Assembly (NCBI GenBank): GCA_951406725.2
Contig: OX597814.1
Location: 187,860,001-187,924,000 of the forward strand
Source: Octopus vulgaris
Taxonomy: Eukaryota
DNA length: 64,000 bases
Direction: 5' to 3'
Of this stretch, positions 39,404 through 52,350 are shown piece after piece (position 1 is the first letter of the stretch; every line of letters starts with the position of its first letter). The notes below the pieces were generated by a model, which saw only the letters and a program-made list of their open reading frames with translations, had not been told where the DNA came from and did no database searches. The position numbers and the translations under genes are program-made.

Positions 39404-39821
39404 ATGTGCCAGCGTCCCCAAGTACCTTCTATTTAATTAGTTGTATATTATCAAAACAGTAACCATAAATGAACAGCAGTGTCCGGGAGCCAATACATGA
39501 GAAATAGTATAATGTTGTTCTGTTCAACATGAACTATGATTGACTCAGTGGCTGTATTGGAATGAGAAATGAGCATTTCAGCAACCAGGTGTTCATGGAG
39601 AGGCTAGCTCTAAGATTATTAGATTATTATTTCAGTTCATTTGCTATTATATTTCTGGCAAGTTGAGATCACCTTAAAGGATGTTAATACATGTGCCAGC
39701 GTCCCCAAGTACCTTCTATTTAATTAGTCGTGTATTATCAAAACAGAGCATTTCAGCAACCAGGTGTTCATGGAGAGGCTAGCTCTAAGATTATTAGATT
39801 ATTATTTCAGTTCATTTGCTT
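39404..39821. repeat. Local direct duplication with internal deletion
   Basis: Blocks 39404-39458 and 39571-39646 recur, fused, at 39691-39821. Confidence 0.9.
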
Positions 39822-39982
39822 ATGGACTTCTTGGGTTTTAAAAAGAATTAAGGTTTCGCTGCTGATGTGTGTAGACTTATGTTCTGGTTAAATATAAAAT
39901 GAGCTGCATGATAAAATTAGTATTTATCTCTTCTGTAAGTGTTGAAGTTGTTGAATCACCTCTGGTCAGCTGTAGAAAAGAA

Positions 39983-40400
39983 AGGCTGCGAGCTGGCAGA
40001 ACCATTAGCACGCTGGACGAAATGCTTAGTGGTATTTTGACTGTCTTTATGTTCTGAATTCGAATTCCGCCGAGGTCAACTTTGCCTTTCATCCTTTCGG
40101 GGTCGATTAAATAAATACCAGTTATGCACTGGGGTTGATATAATCGACTTAATCCTTTTGTCTGTCCTTGTTGGTCCTCTCTGTGTTTAGCCCATTGTGG
40201 GTAGTAAAGAAATAGGTATTTTGACTGTCTTTATGTTCTGAATTCGAATTCCGCCGAGGTCAACTTTGCCTTTCATCCTTTCGGGGTCGATAAATTAAGT
40301 ACCAGTTATGCATTGAGGTCGATGTAATTGACTTAATCCCTTTGTCTGTCCTTGTTTGTCTCCTCTGTGTGTAGCCCCTTGTGGGCAGTGAAGAAATAAA
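39983..40400 (+). mobile_element. SINE family A, partial tandem dimer
   Basis: Same head and duplicated body as 485-873; abuts the Helitron 5' end. Confidence 0.85.
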
Positions 40401-40406
40401 AGAAAA

Positions 40407-42729
40407 TCTCTTATGATAAAAGGCAGATTTTCTCTGCCTCCCAAATCGTTCGTTTTTTATACAATTGTACAATATAGAATGTCTTCAATTGGAATTTACC
40501 TATGATTTTTCCAAGTAGATTCCATTGGGTCATGGCATGTAAAGTTTTTTCAATTTGACCCCCAATTAAGCAAAAATTCGAGAAAACTCGATATTTTACG
40601 ATTTGCCTCTCTCATTTCAAGTGCTTCACTCCTTCCATTACCACTACACTTTCTCCTCCTTTCTCTTTGCAAGTGTGCAACAATTAAAGTGAAAGTATTT
40701 ATATAACAGGGATGAGCCATTAATACTGGTCATCCTTTTTGCTAGAGGAAGATCCGCTATGGTCTTATATGCTACACCACTGGTTTTCAATTCATATTAA
40801 TCAAATTAATATTCAATTTTTTACCCTTATTATGTGTGTGTGTGTATTAGCAATTCATATAAAATTGCATCAATGACTTGAACTTGAATAAGTGGTTTCA
40901 CATAAATGGGGATAAATTAAAAAGGTTTGTTGTTATTATTATTACTGTTTGACTATTGTAATCACGTTTGTTGGTTCCTCGTCAGGGAAACGTTGTTGTG
41001 TTGCATTGGGGCTTTGGTTATTGTTTCAAAATTGAATTGTGTCCCTGTTTGGGGAAATTGACAATATTTTCACTGTCATAACGGAAGCATTTTTGTTAAA
41101 ATGCCTTCGATAGAAGAAAGTCCAAAAATGAATTTTGCTGCAGCCGTACACTTCTATACAAGAGGGAGGACAAGATCCAATTGATCGAAATTGCAAGAGA
41201 CGGGCCTACAATTCCAATCTGTTATATATTTTGAGTATTGTTATCACTAGCGATATCAAGATATAACTTTGTATTTTATGTGTAGATGTATAGATATATA
41301 GATGTACATGTAATATGTACACATATATATATACACATATATACATGGATAATATATCTACCCAGACACACACACACACACATACATAGGGGCAGGTGTG
41401 GCTGTGTGGTAACAAACTACGTTCGAAGATACTGTACTTGATATGGGCGGTAGTGCCTTGCTGGTCTACCTTCAACAAACCAAGAAGGCACAAACACTCT
41501 GTCTTCACATTTGCTGCATGAGACATGTTTTAATGTTGACGAGCTTGCCGAGTACATACCCAACAATGAGCCAAAGCTCCTTCCAGAACAGAAGTTCGCT
41601 TACAACTCCGTTGTTAATTCAGTCCGGGCCAAAGCTGTGGGGATTTTCTTCCTGGACGCTCCTGGGGGCACTGGGAAAACTTTTCTCAACAAATTAATAT
41701 TGGCTGAGATTAGGCGAACACAAGGCATTGCCCTAGCTGTGGCATAATCTGGAATTGCGGCTACTTTATTGCCAGGTGGCAGGACAGCTCACTCCACTTT
41801 CAAGCTTCCGCTTGACTTAGCGAAGACTGAGACACCAACTTGCAACAGCAGTAACAGCTCCGATCAGGCAGAAGTCTTCAGACGATGCAAGCTTATCGTT
41901 TGGGATGAATGCACGATGGCCCACAGAGGTGCTCTTGAGGCACTAGATAGATCTCTCAGAGACATCAAACACTCTTCCGCTCCCATGGGAGGCATAACAC
42001 TTCTTCTTTCAGGGGACTTCCAACAAACACTTCCCGTTATTCCCAAAGGGACTACAGCTGATGCAGTAAGTGCGTGTCTTAAGTCATCCACATTGTGGCC
42101 ACTGGTGAAGACTCTCAAATTTCACACCAATATGCGTGCTCATATGCGACGTAATATCACATCAGCAGCATTTTCTCACACCCTCCTCGCACTTGGCGAA
42201 GACAAAATACCAGGGGATGAAAATGGTAATATTGCCATTGATTCCATTTGTACCGTTGTTAAAACGCCTTCTGATCTCAGAGATGCAGTGTTCCCAGATC
42301 TACAAGCTAATTATCAGAATATGGATTGGATTGGCCAAAGGGCTATTCTGGCCCCGAGGAATAAAACTGTTCACCATATTAATGATGAAATGCTAAAACT
42401 CATTCCTGGGGATGTCTATGTATATGAGTCTATCGATACAACTCCTGACCCAGAGGACGTCATCAACTATCCAATAGAGGTACTCAATTCCTTTGAGCCT
42501 CCTGGACTACCACCACACATTCTCAAACTTAAAGTTGGTGCCCCTATAATGCTCATTAGAAATTTGGTTCCCCCAAAACAATGCAATGGCACACGTTTGA
42601 TCGTTAAGTCCTTATCTCCCATCGTAAACTTATATCAATATTTGCCTGAATAATCATCATAATTCAGTGCAATCATTAACAGTACTTTCAAGCAATTCAG
42701 CCCCGAGCATCACCGGGCAATTCTGCTAG
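40407..42729 (+). mobile_element. Internally deleted Helitron carrying a helicase fragment
   Basis: 5' A|TCTCTTATGATAAAA; 3' hairpin CCCGagcatcacCGGG followed by CTAG|T at 42726-42730; contains PIF1-like helicase coding sequence; no Rep/HUH domain seen. Confidence 0.8.
41511..42653 (+). pseudogene. Helitron PIF1-family (SF1B) helicase pseudogene
   Basis: FFLDAPGGTGKT (Walker A), A*SGIAATLLPGGRTAHS, LIVWDE (Walker B), GDFQQTLPV, LKVGAPIMLIRNL, CNGTRL. One in-frame TAA at 41745-41747 joins two same-frame ORFs; C-terminal motifs missing. Confidence 0.92.
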
Positions 42730-43370
42730 TGTTTGATAAAAAGCATTCCCATCATGACAATCCTTATTTTAGTATCATCATTATCCTTTAACGTCTGTTT
42801 TCCATGCTGGCATGGGTTGGACTGTTTGACCAGAGCTGGTAAGCTGCGCCAGGTTCCAGTCTAATTTGGCTTAGTTTCTATGGCTGGATGCCCTCCTAAC
42901 ACCAACCAAATTATAGTGTGTGCTAGGTACTTTTAATGTGGCACCACGCAAGTATATCTATAACTAAATTCTTCAATGTGTCCTCCTTTTTTTAAAGATA
43001 TAAACATGTAACCTGAAGGAGATTTGACTGCTATTTCTAGCAGGCCAAGTAAACATATAGAGGGTACCTCATTAGCATGTAAATGTTAATATAATTTCAT
43101 GTGCTGTCAGGTTTTGTGTTTTGTTCCATTATTGTTTTAGGTGTTGATGAGGTAATTCTGAAAATGCTGCTTATCAATTTTAGTCTGTGACTTTATTAAG
43201 TTTGTTTTGGAGAATATTTATGTGTTTGTTTTCGGTGTATGATATTTTGCGGAGAACCAAAGAACAGTCTGGTTTTAAATGTTACATTTGTGTGTTCGCT
43301 GTTATAGTGTTGATTGGTGCATCTCCTTCAAAAGTGCTTATCTGTCTTCTGTTTTTCTTTCCTTACTTAG

Positions 43371-43388
43371 CCATTTCATTCCAGGTAG
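43371..43388 (+). CDS. Candidate 18-nt phase-1 microexon (AISFQV)
   Basis: tctgtcttctgtttttctttccttacttag|CCATTTCATTCCAGGTAG|gtatgt; frame-preserving and stop-free after the phase-1 donor at 36570. Confidence 0.4.
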   Translation, partial: PFHSR

Positions 43389-44381
43389 GTATGTGAATAA
43401 ACATTTTTTTTAGTGAGTATTTGTAGAGGATAGGTGTCATCTAGATCAAGTAGAGATTTAATTGGAAAAAAAATTTTTTTTTCATAACTTTTTTTCTGCC
43501 TTTGGCATTATTTATTGCATGGGATATTTTGTTATATCGTAGTACTTCTCCCAATATCTCGTGTCTGTGGAAATTAGTCAGTAAGAAATAATTTCATTTT
43601 TTTTTAGTTAGATGTCTTGCAAACAACTTGCACATGCAAGTGCTACCAGTCAAAAACTCTGCATACCTGAAGCCAGCAAGTGTATGGGGTCATCAGGAGG
43701 GGCCTACCTCTCTATGGCATCAATGAGCACTGCCCCCCCCCCCCTCACTGATATGAGGCCCCGCTTGCTAGATCAGCTGGTTATCAAATAAAGCTCAATA
43801 TCCTTCTAGCCATCGCTCATCGTCTCTTTTTAACCAAATCTAGTGGCTAGCCTTTTCCACTGTAGATTGGATATTGGTCATGGTGGTATTGACTTTACGA
43901 TGAGTTAGGCCTAGCGATAACAACAGTTGTCTCACACTGTGTCCAACAAACCCTCTACATGTTAAAAGTGGTTGGAGCAGGGCTAGTGAGATAACTTATG
44001 ATTTCTTTTGAATCAGGCAGGGTGAGGAAAGATATTAGTTGTACTAGAAGGTTTTGTTGTTGTTTCACATATGCAGAAAAAATTTTCTTCATTGTTTTTG
44101 CAGTGTTATTTTTTGTTTGTATAATAAGCAAATATGATTTCTGAAATTTTTTTCTCTATTTTGTCATCAACAATCTCGATTGCAGTTCTGTAGTTAGATT
44201 TTATGGCAAAGACTTGTCAAATTGTTGGATCAGTTTTGCTTAAGCTGATACATTATGTATATATATGTATGAATATGTGCATTTATATCTAGTTTATTTG
44301 ACAATCAGTTGAAAGTCTATGGAACCATTTCTGAATGACAGCTTTGTTAAGGGGTAGGAGAAAGTGGTGGGCATGCACATG

Positions 44382-44421
<40 letters not shown>

Positions 44422-44766
44422 GAACTGCAGCATTTTTACTAGATGTTTATTCTGAGTTCTGCATTGCCACTTTTCAAAACAAATTTTCACAGTTTAGGAG
44501 CTGAAATGTTTTGAAAAGTGGCAGTGTACACACACATACATTATAATCATCTACATCATTGTTTTAACATCTACTTTTCCGTGTTTGCATGGGTCAGACA
44601 GAATTTGCTGAAGCAGATTCTCTATGGCTTATTACCCTCCGTGTCATCATTTCTCACTTGTTTCCAAGCAAGGACTTGATTTCCTCTTGACTAGGCATGT
44701 TTAGGTAGATAGGAAATGAATGACAGTGTTTGTATGACAATGGCACTAGATGAGGCAACAAACACA

Positions 44767-44810
<44 letters not shown>

Positions 44811-46537
44811 CATATATGTGTGTATACATTCTTTTATTCTTTTATTGTTGTTTCAGTCATTTGATTGCGGCCATGCTAGAGCACCTCCTTTAGTTGAGCA
44901 AATCAACACCAGAACTTATTCTTTGTAAACTAGTACTTATTCTATCGGACACTTTTGCCGAACCGCTAAGGTATGGGGATGTAAACACGCCAGCATCGGT
45001 TGTCAAACACACACACACACATACACACATACAATGGGTTTCTTTCAGTCTCCGTCCACCAAATCCACTCACAAGGATTTGGTCGGTCCAAAACTATAGT
45101 AGAAGACACTTGCCCAAGGTGCCACACAGTGGGACTGAACCCAGAACCATGTAGTTGGTAAGCAAGCTACTTACCACACAGCCACTCCTGGGACTATAGA
45201 AGACACTCGCCCAAGGTGCTGCGCAGTGGGACTGAACCAAAGTCATATGATTGGGAAGCAGACATTTTGCCACACTGTCATTCCTGCATGTTGATATGTA
45301 TATAATGGAAATAGGTATGTATTGTTCAAACTGTGATGGTGGGATGATGAAACTGGAAGAAGATTGATGAATAAAAGAAATGGCTTAGAGAATTGCAGAA
45401 GGGGTAGCATATGAAGTGTCTAAGGGAGCCAAAAAAGGTTGCAAAGAGAACAGGTTCAGAGGGAAATGTTCAAAGATTGTATGGATCCAGAGGAAGGTCT
45501 GGGAGAAGTATTTTTTAAGATTATGAAGGTGTTAGCAAAAAGAGAGATGCACTGTGACAGAATGAACTGCTTGAAGGAAGAAGTGGGATAAACTGCTGTG
45601 GATCCAGATAGAATTAAGCAATGGTTGAAATGATAGTGGAGAGAGTGCTGAATGAGGTGGCAATCATCATCATCATCATTTAATGTCCGTTTTCCATGCT
45701 AGCATGGGTTGGACGGTTCGACCGAGGTCTGGGAAGCCAGGAGGCTGCGCCAGGCTCCAGTCTGATCTGGCGGTGTTTCTACAGCTGGATGCCCTTCCTA
45801 ACGCCAACCACTCAGTGAGTGTAGTGGGTGCTTTTTACGTGCCACTGGCACAGGGGCCAGAGGAGGCTGGCAAACGACCACGATCGGTTGGTGCTTTTTA
45901 CGTGTCACCGACACGGATGCCAGTCAGGTGGCGCTGGCATCAGCTACTCTCGGATGGTGCTTTTTCGTGTCACCGACACGGGTATCTTAACTACAATTTC
46001 CATAGGACTTGTAGAGGAGATGACTGAGAAAGAGGTTGTGGAAGTGAGAAGGGTAATGAAGACTGGAGGGCCAACAGGAATTAGGGGAGAGATGTTAACC
46101 CTTCAACTACAAAATTAAATTTCATGGTTAAACTGAATGACTTCTAAGTTCTACAAATGTTCTAACAAGAATTAGGGGCCCAACACTCCTGAGTAGTCCT
46201 GTGGTGTATTTCTGTCTTCTGTGCAATTGAGAATTACTGAGTCTGTGTTTGGTTTGTCCTTCTTTTTGGCAGGTATCGTTTTTTTTTCTCTTGCTGGATT
46301 TTTATGTTTTCCTCCTCACCTGGCAAGCCAGGTGGGGGATAGTCAGCTCAGTTTAGCTGTTAATGACCTGACCATGCTGCAGATTGTACTGGTCTACATG
46401 CTACAAGTAACACTGGTGAGCGATCGGACTTAAATATATACACGCATGCACACATACACACACACTACTGCACCCCTACCCACCCCGACATCTGTGAAGA
46501 AACACGTATGTACACACATATACTTAGATATTTATGC

Positions 46538-46580
<43 letters not shown>

Positions 46581-48695
46581 CATAAGCATGGTTGTGTTTA
46601 AAGAAGTTTACTTCAGGATCATGTGGTTAGGGTTCGGTCTTATTGCCTGAACAGCAATACTTTGTGAGTATAATTGGGTGATAGAAGTAGAAGAAATTTA
46701 TCTGTATGTATGCATGTGTGTGCATGTGTGAGTTCATATTTTTCTTGTCTTTATGGCTTCTTTATGACTGTAAACAAAACAACAGTTTCACTGTTACACG
46801 AGGTGTCATATACCTGCAGTTAACCACGAAAGTACACTTGGGTTTCTTGACATGTTGCATGTCTTTGTAAACAAAAAGGTTCATAACTGTGTCTGGGCTG
46901 TGTATTGCTTAGTTGACTAGAGTATCAATATTTTGCTTGGGAACAGGTGAGGGCTGATAACAAGAAGGGCATCATCATCATCGTTTAACATCTGTTTTCC
47001 ATGCTAGCATGGATTGGAAGGTTTAACCGGGGTCAGGGAAGCCAGGAGGCTGCACCAGGCTCAGTTTGATCTGGCAGTGTTTCTACAGCTGGATGCCCTT
47101 CCTAATGCTAACCACTCTGTGAGTGTAGTGGGTGCTTTTTAAGTGCCACCGGGGAGGCTGGCACTGGCCATGATTGGTTGGTGCTTTTTGTGTGCCACTG
47201 GCACGGAAGCCAGTCAAGGCGGTGCTGGCATCAGCCACATTCAGATGGTGCTTTTTACTTGCCACTGGCATGGGTATCACAACTACAATTTCCATTTAAT
47301 TTTTATTTTGATGTTGATGTACTTGACTCATTAGGTCTCCACAAGCACAGCAGGTCGCCCTACAATTCGAGGTAAGCACAGCAGGCCGTCCTGCAATCTG
47401 GATGGGCTGGGGCTGGTTATGTGAAGCTGGGGCATCAAGTTGTAGAAAATATACTTCAACAAATACTGATTCCTGCAAGCATGGAAACATGAACATCAAA
47501 TTGCTGATGATGATGTCATCCATCATCACACTCCTTTAATGTCTATTTTTTCATACAGGCTTGGGTTGGACTATGAGATGTATATGTATATATATATATA
47601 TATGTATGTGTGTGTTCATTTTCAATCTGTTTTTCTAGGTGTGCATGGTTATTCGAATGTATTATTAAGGCATCGTTTTACATCCAAATGCTCTTCCTGT
47701 CAATAACCCTCACCTGTTCTTTGAAGCTGCAAAGACAGTGGACCAGTTTTAATCAAGGAAATGACAAAAAAACATCACCTATTGTGGTTCCCTGATTTCC
47801 AGAGAACCACTGCAAATATACACAAACACAGCTGCATGTAAGCACAGATACTCATATGCATATACACACATATATGCGTACATTCACATATATATGCATA
47901 CACTGTAAAGTGGTTGGCATTAGGAAGTACATTCAGCCCTAGAAACCACGACAAATCAGACTGGGGTCTAGTGCAGCTCCCCTGCTTGCCAGCTCTGGTA
48001 AAACCGTCCAACCCATACCAGTATGAAGAATAGACATTAAATAAGGACAATGATGATGACACGCACACATACACACAAAGAATTTCTTTCATTTTCTATC
48101 TACCAAAGAATAGAAAAAATGACTTGAAAGGCAAGAGAAAGAGAACAAAAATTGTATGATACCAAAATAGATGTCTATTCGCTTGGCTGGTATATATATG
48201 TGTTTGTGTATATAGCTGATCAACAACCTTATTGACTCAATGGGGGTGTGATGTACTGTATATGATCACAAAAGTTCTGATATACAAATAAACCTTTTAA
48301 GTGCAGTCTTCTCTTGAATACTGTGTTAATACTCTGTTTAATTTGTGGTTATAGTCCTACAGCAGGACACCTTGAACACGTGTCTTCTACTATAGACTAG
48401 GCTGTGCAAAGCCTTCTGGGTGAATTTAGTAGATGGAAACTTAAAAGGAAGCGTGGTATACATACATATGCGTGTGTTTACGTTTGTGCTATCGTGTTGT
48501 TTAGGTGCTAGTGTTGTTCGTACTACTCCTCTCAGTTACTTCACCTCTTGCTTCATACCTTTGAAGTTGTGTGTAATTAAAAGGTAGGTAAGGGTTAGTG
48601 TCTGGAAGGGCATCCAATAAAAAAAAAAAAAAGCTGAATAACATGCTGGCATGGAAAAATGGATATTGTATATGTTAATATATACAATTACATAA

Positions 48696-48733
<38 letters not shown>

Positions 48734-49304
48734 TGTGTGTATGTGTGTGAGAGAGAGAGAGAGGCAAATTATGTGGATAAACAAATTAGATATATTAAAT
48801 ATAATAGTTTGGGTATGAAATACAAAATATGTATACATGTAAGAGAAAGCTCAATAGTTATATTTATACTTAAATATTCATCTGAAACTCTCCACTCTTT
48901 TGCATTCTCTCGCTTTCCATGTATACATATATACATATTTTGTATTTCATACCCAAACTATTATATTTCAGCTCAACTTGATCCCTCATAGCCTTTCTTT
49001 ACCTTGTGGAATCGATTCCCTGTAAAGAGATTGGAGTCTAAGTTTGGATCTTTTGAGCACTTCTGTCTTCTATACTGAGAATCTCTGGATCTCATGTGGA
49101 CGATATATATATATATATACACATATGAGTGAGTAGACAAATGAAAGAAAAGGGTACGCAACATGCATTATTTAAAAACATCATCACCTATTGCTGATTT
49201 GGTAATCCAAAGCCTGAAAGTGACAAGCTCCTGTTAGGGGCCTGTGAAACTTTAGGATGCATAGAACTGAATCAAACTATTTTAAATAATATGTGTGTGT
49301 ATGT

Positions 49305-50165
49305 GTAGTCTGATCAGTTAGTATCTGGACTGTTGCTATTGTAATGAACCGAGTGAAGCCGCTTGGCACAGAATGATCTTGAGCTCTACTGTGCTCGCAC
49401 ACCAAGTTTTAATGTTCTAGCTCACTTCCACTGTTTACAGCAATGCTTTGAAGGAAGGTGTGTAGCATATGATTGCTGTGTTGACCATGAAGAAGAGAGT
49501 TGAGCAGAAAATCTGCATCAAATTTGCCAAAAGCTTGGCAATACCTGCTCAGAGGCCTATGCAAAATTTTCAAAAAGTTTTCCTTGTTCTTGACATAAAA
49601 TAGGTGATCTTGTGCAACTGAAACCCGAGTGTCTTTTTGGTTAGCTGATAGTTCTGGCACAAACTTGGCAGACATGCATCTCATATCCAAATCTTCAGTG
49701 ATAATGGACTGAACTGAATTGTAACTAAGCTGCACAACCTTTGATAACTCATGGATGGTGATTTGATGATTTCCTTTCATAGCTGCATGCACATCTGCGA
49801 TGTTTTTCTCAGTTCTACTGGTTGCAGGTCTCCCAGAACATGTGTCAATATAGACATTCTTTGGCCATCTTTGAAATGTCTGAACCACTCGTACATTTGT
49901 GTGCGGCTCATACACTCCTCTCCATACACTTTCTCCAACTTTGCATAGGCCTCTGAGCAGGTGTTGTCATGACAATTTTCTCTTTCATGGTCAATGTGAT
50001 GGACACATGTTGCATACCTTCCTTCCAAGCACTGCTGTAAACAGTAGAAGTGAGCTAGAATGTTAAAACTTAGTTCCAGGTCAATCTTTCCCAACCGGCT
50101 TCACTCTGCGTGTTTTAGTTTCATTACTATGGCAATAATCTGGATACTTATTGATCAGAACTTGT
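49305..50165 (-). mobile_element. Mariner relic with fold-back structure
   Basis: TIRs tctgatcagttagtatctggac and tctggatacttattgatcaga; mariner HTH (AKLEKVYGEECMSRTQMYEWFRHFKDG, SGRPATSRT); the 5' region occurs at both ends in inverted orientation. Confidence 0.85.
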
Positions 50166-51302
50166 ATGTCATCATCATCATCATCGTTTAGCGTCCGTTT
50201 TCCATGCTAGCATGGGGTTGGACGATATATAATAGGTTCTGACATAGCTGTGTGGTTAAGGATCTCGCTTCCCAACCATGTGGTCTGTTTGAATTCTGCT
50301 ATGGTGTACCTGGGATAAGTGTCTTCTGCCACAGCCTTATGTATCAGGACAATTCCCCCTGATGACAGCTACGCCCTAGGACAATTACTCACTTTGATTA
50401 ATTACCCCTTCTCCAGTATATTAAGAAGTTTTAAATCATCTATTGTCCTCAGGAGTAATTGCCCCTGGGTGGGGTTATTGTCCATGGGGAGTAAATGTCC
50501 TATACACCAATTGTAGGCTAACCAACCAAAGCCTTGTGAGTTGATATGGTTGATGGAAACTGGAATGTTGTGACAGTCATGTTCTTTCAAATTTCACTTG
50601 ATTTCTACTCTTTATAACTCTGCTTTCACACTCTCACAAACCTACCTACCTACCCAGTCATCCTTTGGTTCTCCTTTTTCTCCCTTTATCCGTCTTCTTA
50701 TACCTTGTCTGTATGTCCTGATACCAAATCTCCATCATCCATTTTCTCTTTTCTGTGGTGGTAGCCATGTGTCTCCTCCATAGTAGTTCCTACCCCTCTT
50801 TTGTGATTTAGCCTCTCAGCACTGGCACAAAGCCATATCAAGGAGGCTTGTTTTCCAAGGTACTTGGTAACCTCATTAGTGCTGGTGGCACAAAAAAAAG
50901 AAAAGGACTGAGTGGTTAGCATTGAGAAAGACATTGTGCCATAGAAACTTACCGAAGCAGATCCTGTTGACCCATCCAGTGCATTCCAGCATAGAATAGG
51001 AACATTAAATAATGATATATATATAAAAAAAAATATATATATATATAATATAAATAATATATAAATATATGCATATATACATACATATATGTACATACCT
51101 ACATCTATATGTATATATACATGCATATATGGGTATAGGACATCAAAAAAACGTTGGACACAATGAGAAACAAAAACATTGAAAGCAAACTTTTTTTCGA
51201 ACAATGAAAAAGGCAAACAGAGAAACGTAAAGAATATTCCCCTTCATCAGTTGTCCCTGTTTCATCTACTCCGCATTTCAAAGGCATATATATATATATA
51301 TA

Positions 51303-51435
51303 GTTGTGGCCAAAAGTTTGGAATATTTTTTAAAAATTAAAATTGTTATGCCCAATATATGTTTCAACCAAATATAACTTAGGGCATTTAATATCAAAAT
51401 TCTAATTTTCAGACTTATGTTCCAAACTTTTGGCC

Positions 51436-51440
<5 letters not shown>
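51303..51440. mobile_element. Tc1-type MITE in a (TA)n tract
   Basis: GTTGTGGCCAAAAGTTTGGAA ... TTCCAAACTTTTGGCCACAAC. Confidence 0.85.
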
Positions 51441-51481
<41 letters not shown>

Positions 51482-51559
51482 TATATATATATATTGTATA
51501 TATTATATATATATATTGTATATATTATATATATATATATTATATTTATATATATATAT

Positions 51560-51725
51560 AGGCGTAGGAGTAGCTGTGTGGTAAGTAGCTTGCTTACGAA
51601 CCACATGGTTCTGGGTTCAATCCCACTGCGTGGCACCTTGGGCAAGTGTCTTCTACTATAGCCTCGGGCCGACCAAAGCCTTGTGAGTGGATTTGGTAGA
51701 TGGAAACTGAAAAAAGCCCGTCGTA

Positions 51726-51782
<57 letters not shown>

Positions 51783-51972
51783 CTGTGTTTGTCCCCCCCT
51801 CCCAACATCGCTTGACAACTGATGCTGGTGTGTTTACATCCCCGTAACTTAGCGGTTCGGCAAAAGAGACCGATAAAATAAGTTCTGGGGGTCGATTTGC
51901 TCGACAAAAGGCGGTGCTCCAGCATGGCCACAGTCAAATGACTGAAACAGTAGAAGAGTAAAAGAGAAAGAG
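51560..51972 (+). mobile_element. SINE family B, full-length (other + copies ~9867, 10675, 13260, 21405, 23654, 28194, 32130, 63746; - copies ~9700, 11260, 28860, 44830, 56695)
   Basis: tRNA-like head (GCTGTGTGGTAAG..GGTTCAATCCC), CCTTGGGCAAGTG, internal (TA)n(TG)n microsatellite, AAAAGAGT-type tail. Confidence 0.9.
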
Positions 51973-52038
51973 TATATATATATATATATATATCATCATC
52001 ATCATCGTTTAACCTCTGCTGTCCATGCTACCATGGGT

Positions 52039-52070
<32 letters not shown>

Positions 52071-52350
52071 TGTGTGTTTGTGTATATCCTTTTCTTGACA
52101 CCACATGGTAGTTGTAAATGAGCAACATCATCATATAATTGATGTTCATTTTCAGTCTTCCATGAAAAGCATGTCTGGCCATGGGGAAATATTGCATTGC
52201 CTAGAAACTGATGAGAATTGATGACACGAAGGGCATCTAGTTGTAAGAAATCTGTTTCAACAAATTCTGTCTGACGCATACAAGTATGGAAAAGTGGACA
52301 TGAAATGATGATGATAATGATATACACAAACTTATATATATATATATATA

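Noticed and set aside
41511-42653. Host PIF1 gene
   Set aside because: Intronless, has an in-frame stop, is truncated, and is followed by a Helitron hairpin and CTAG terminus.
46273-46414. Exon inside ORF 46221-46433
   Set aside because: Asymmetric phases and a hydrophobic T-rich translation unlike Sec16.
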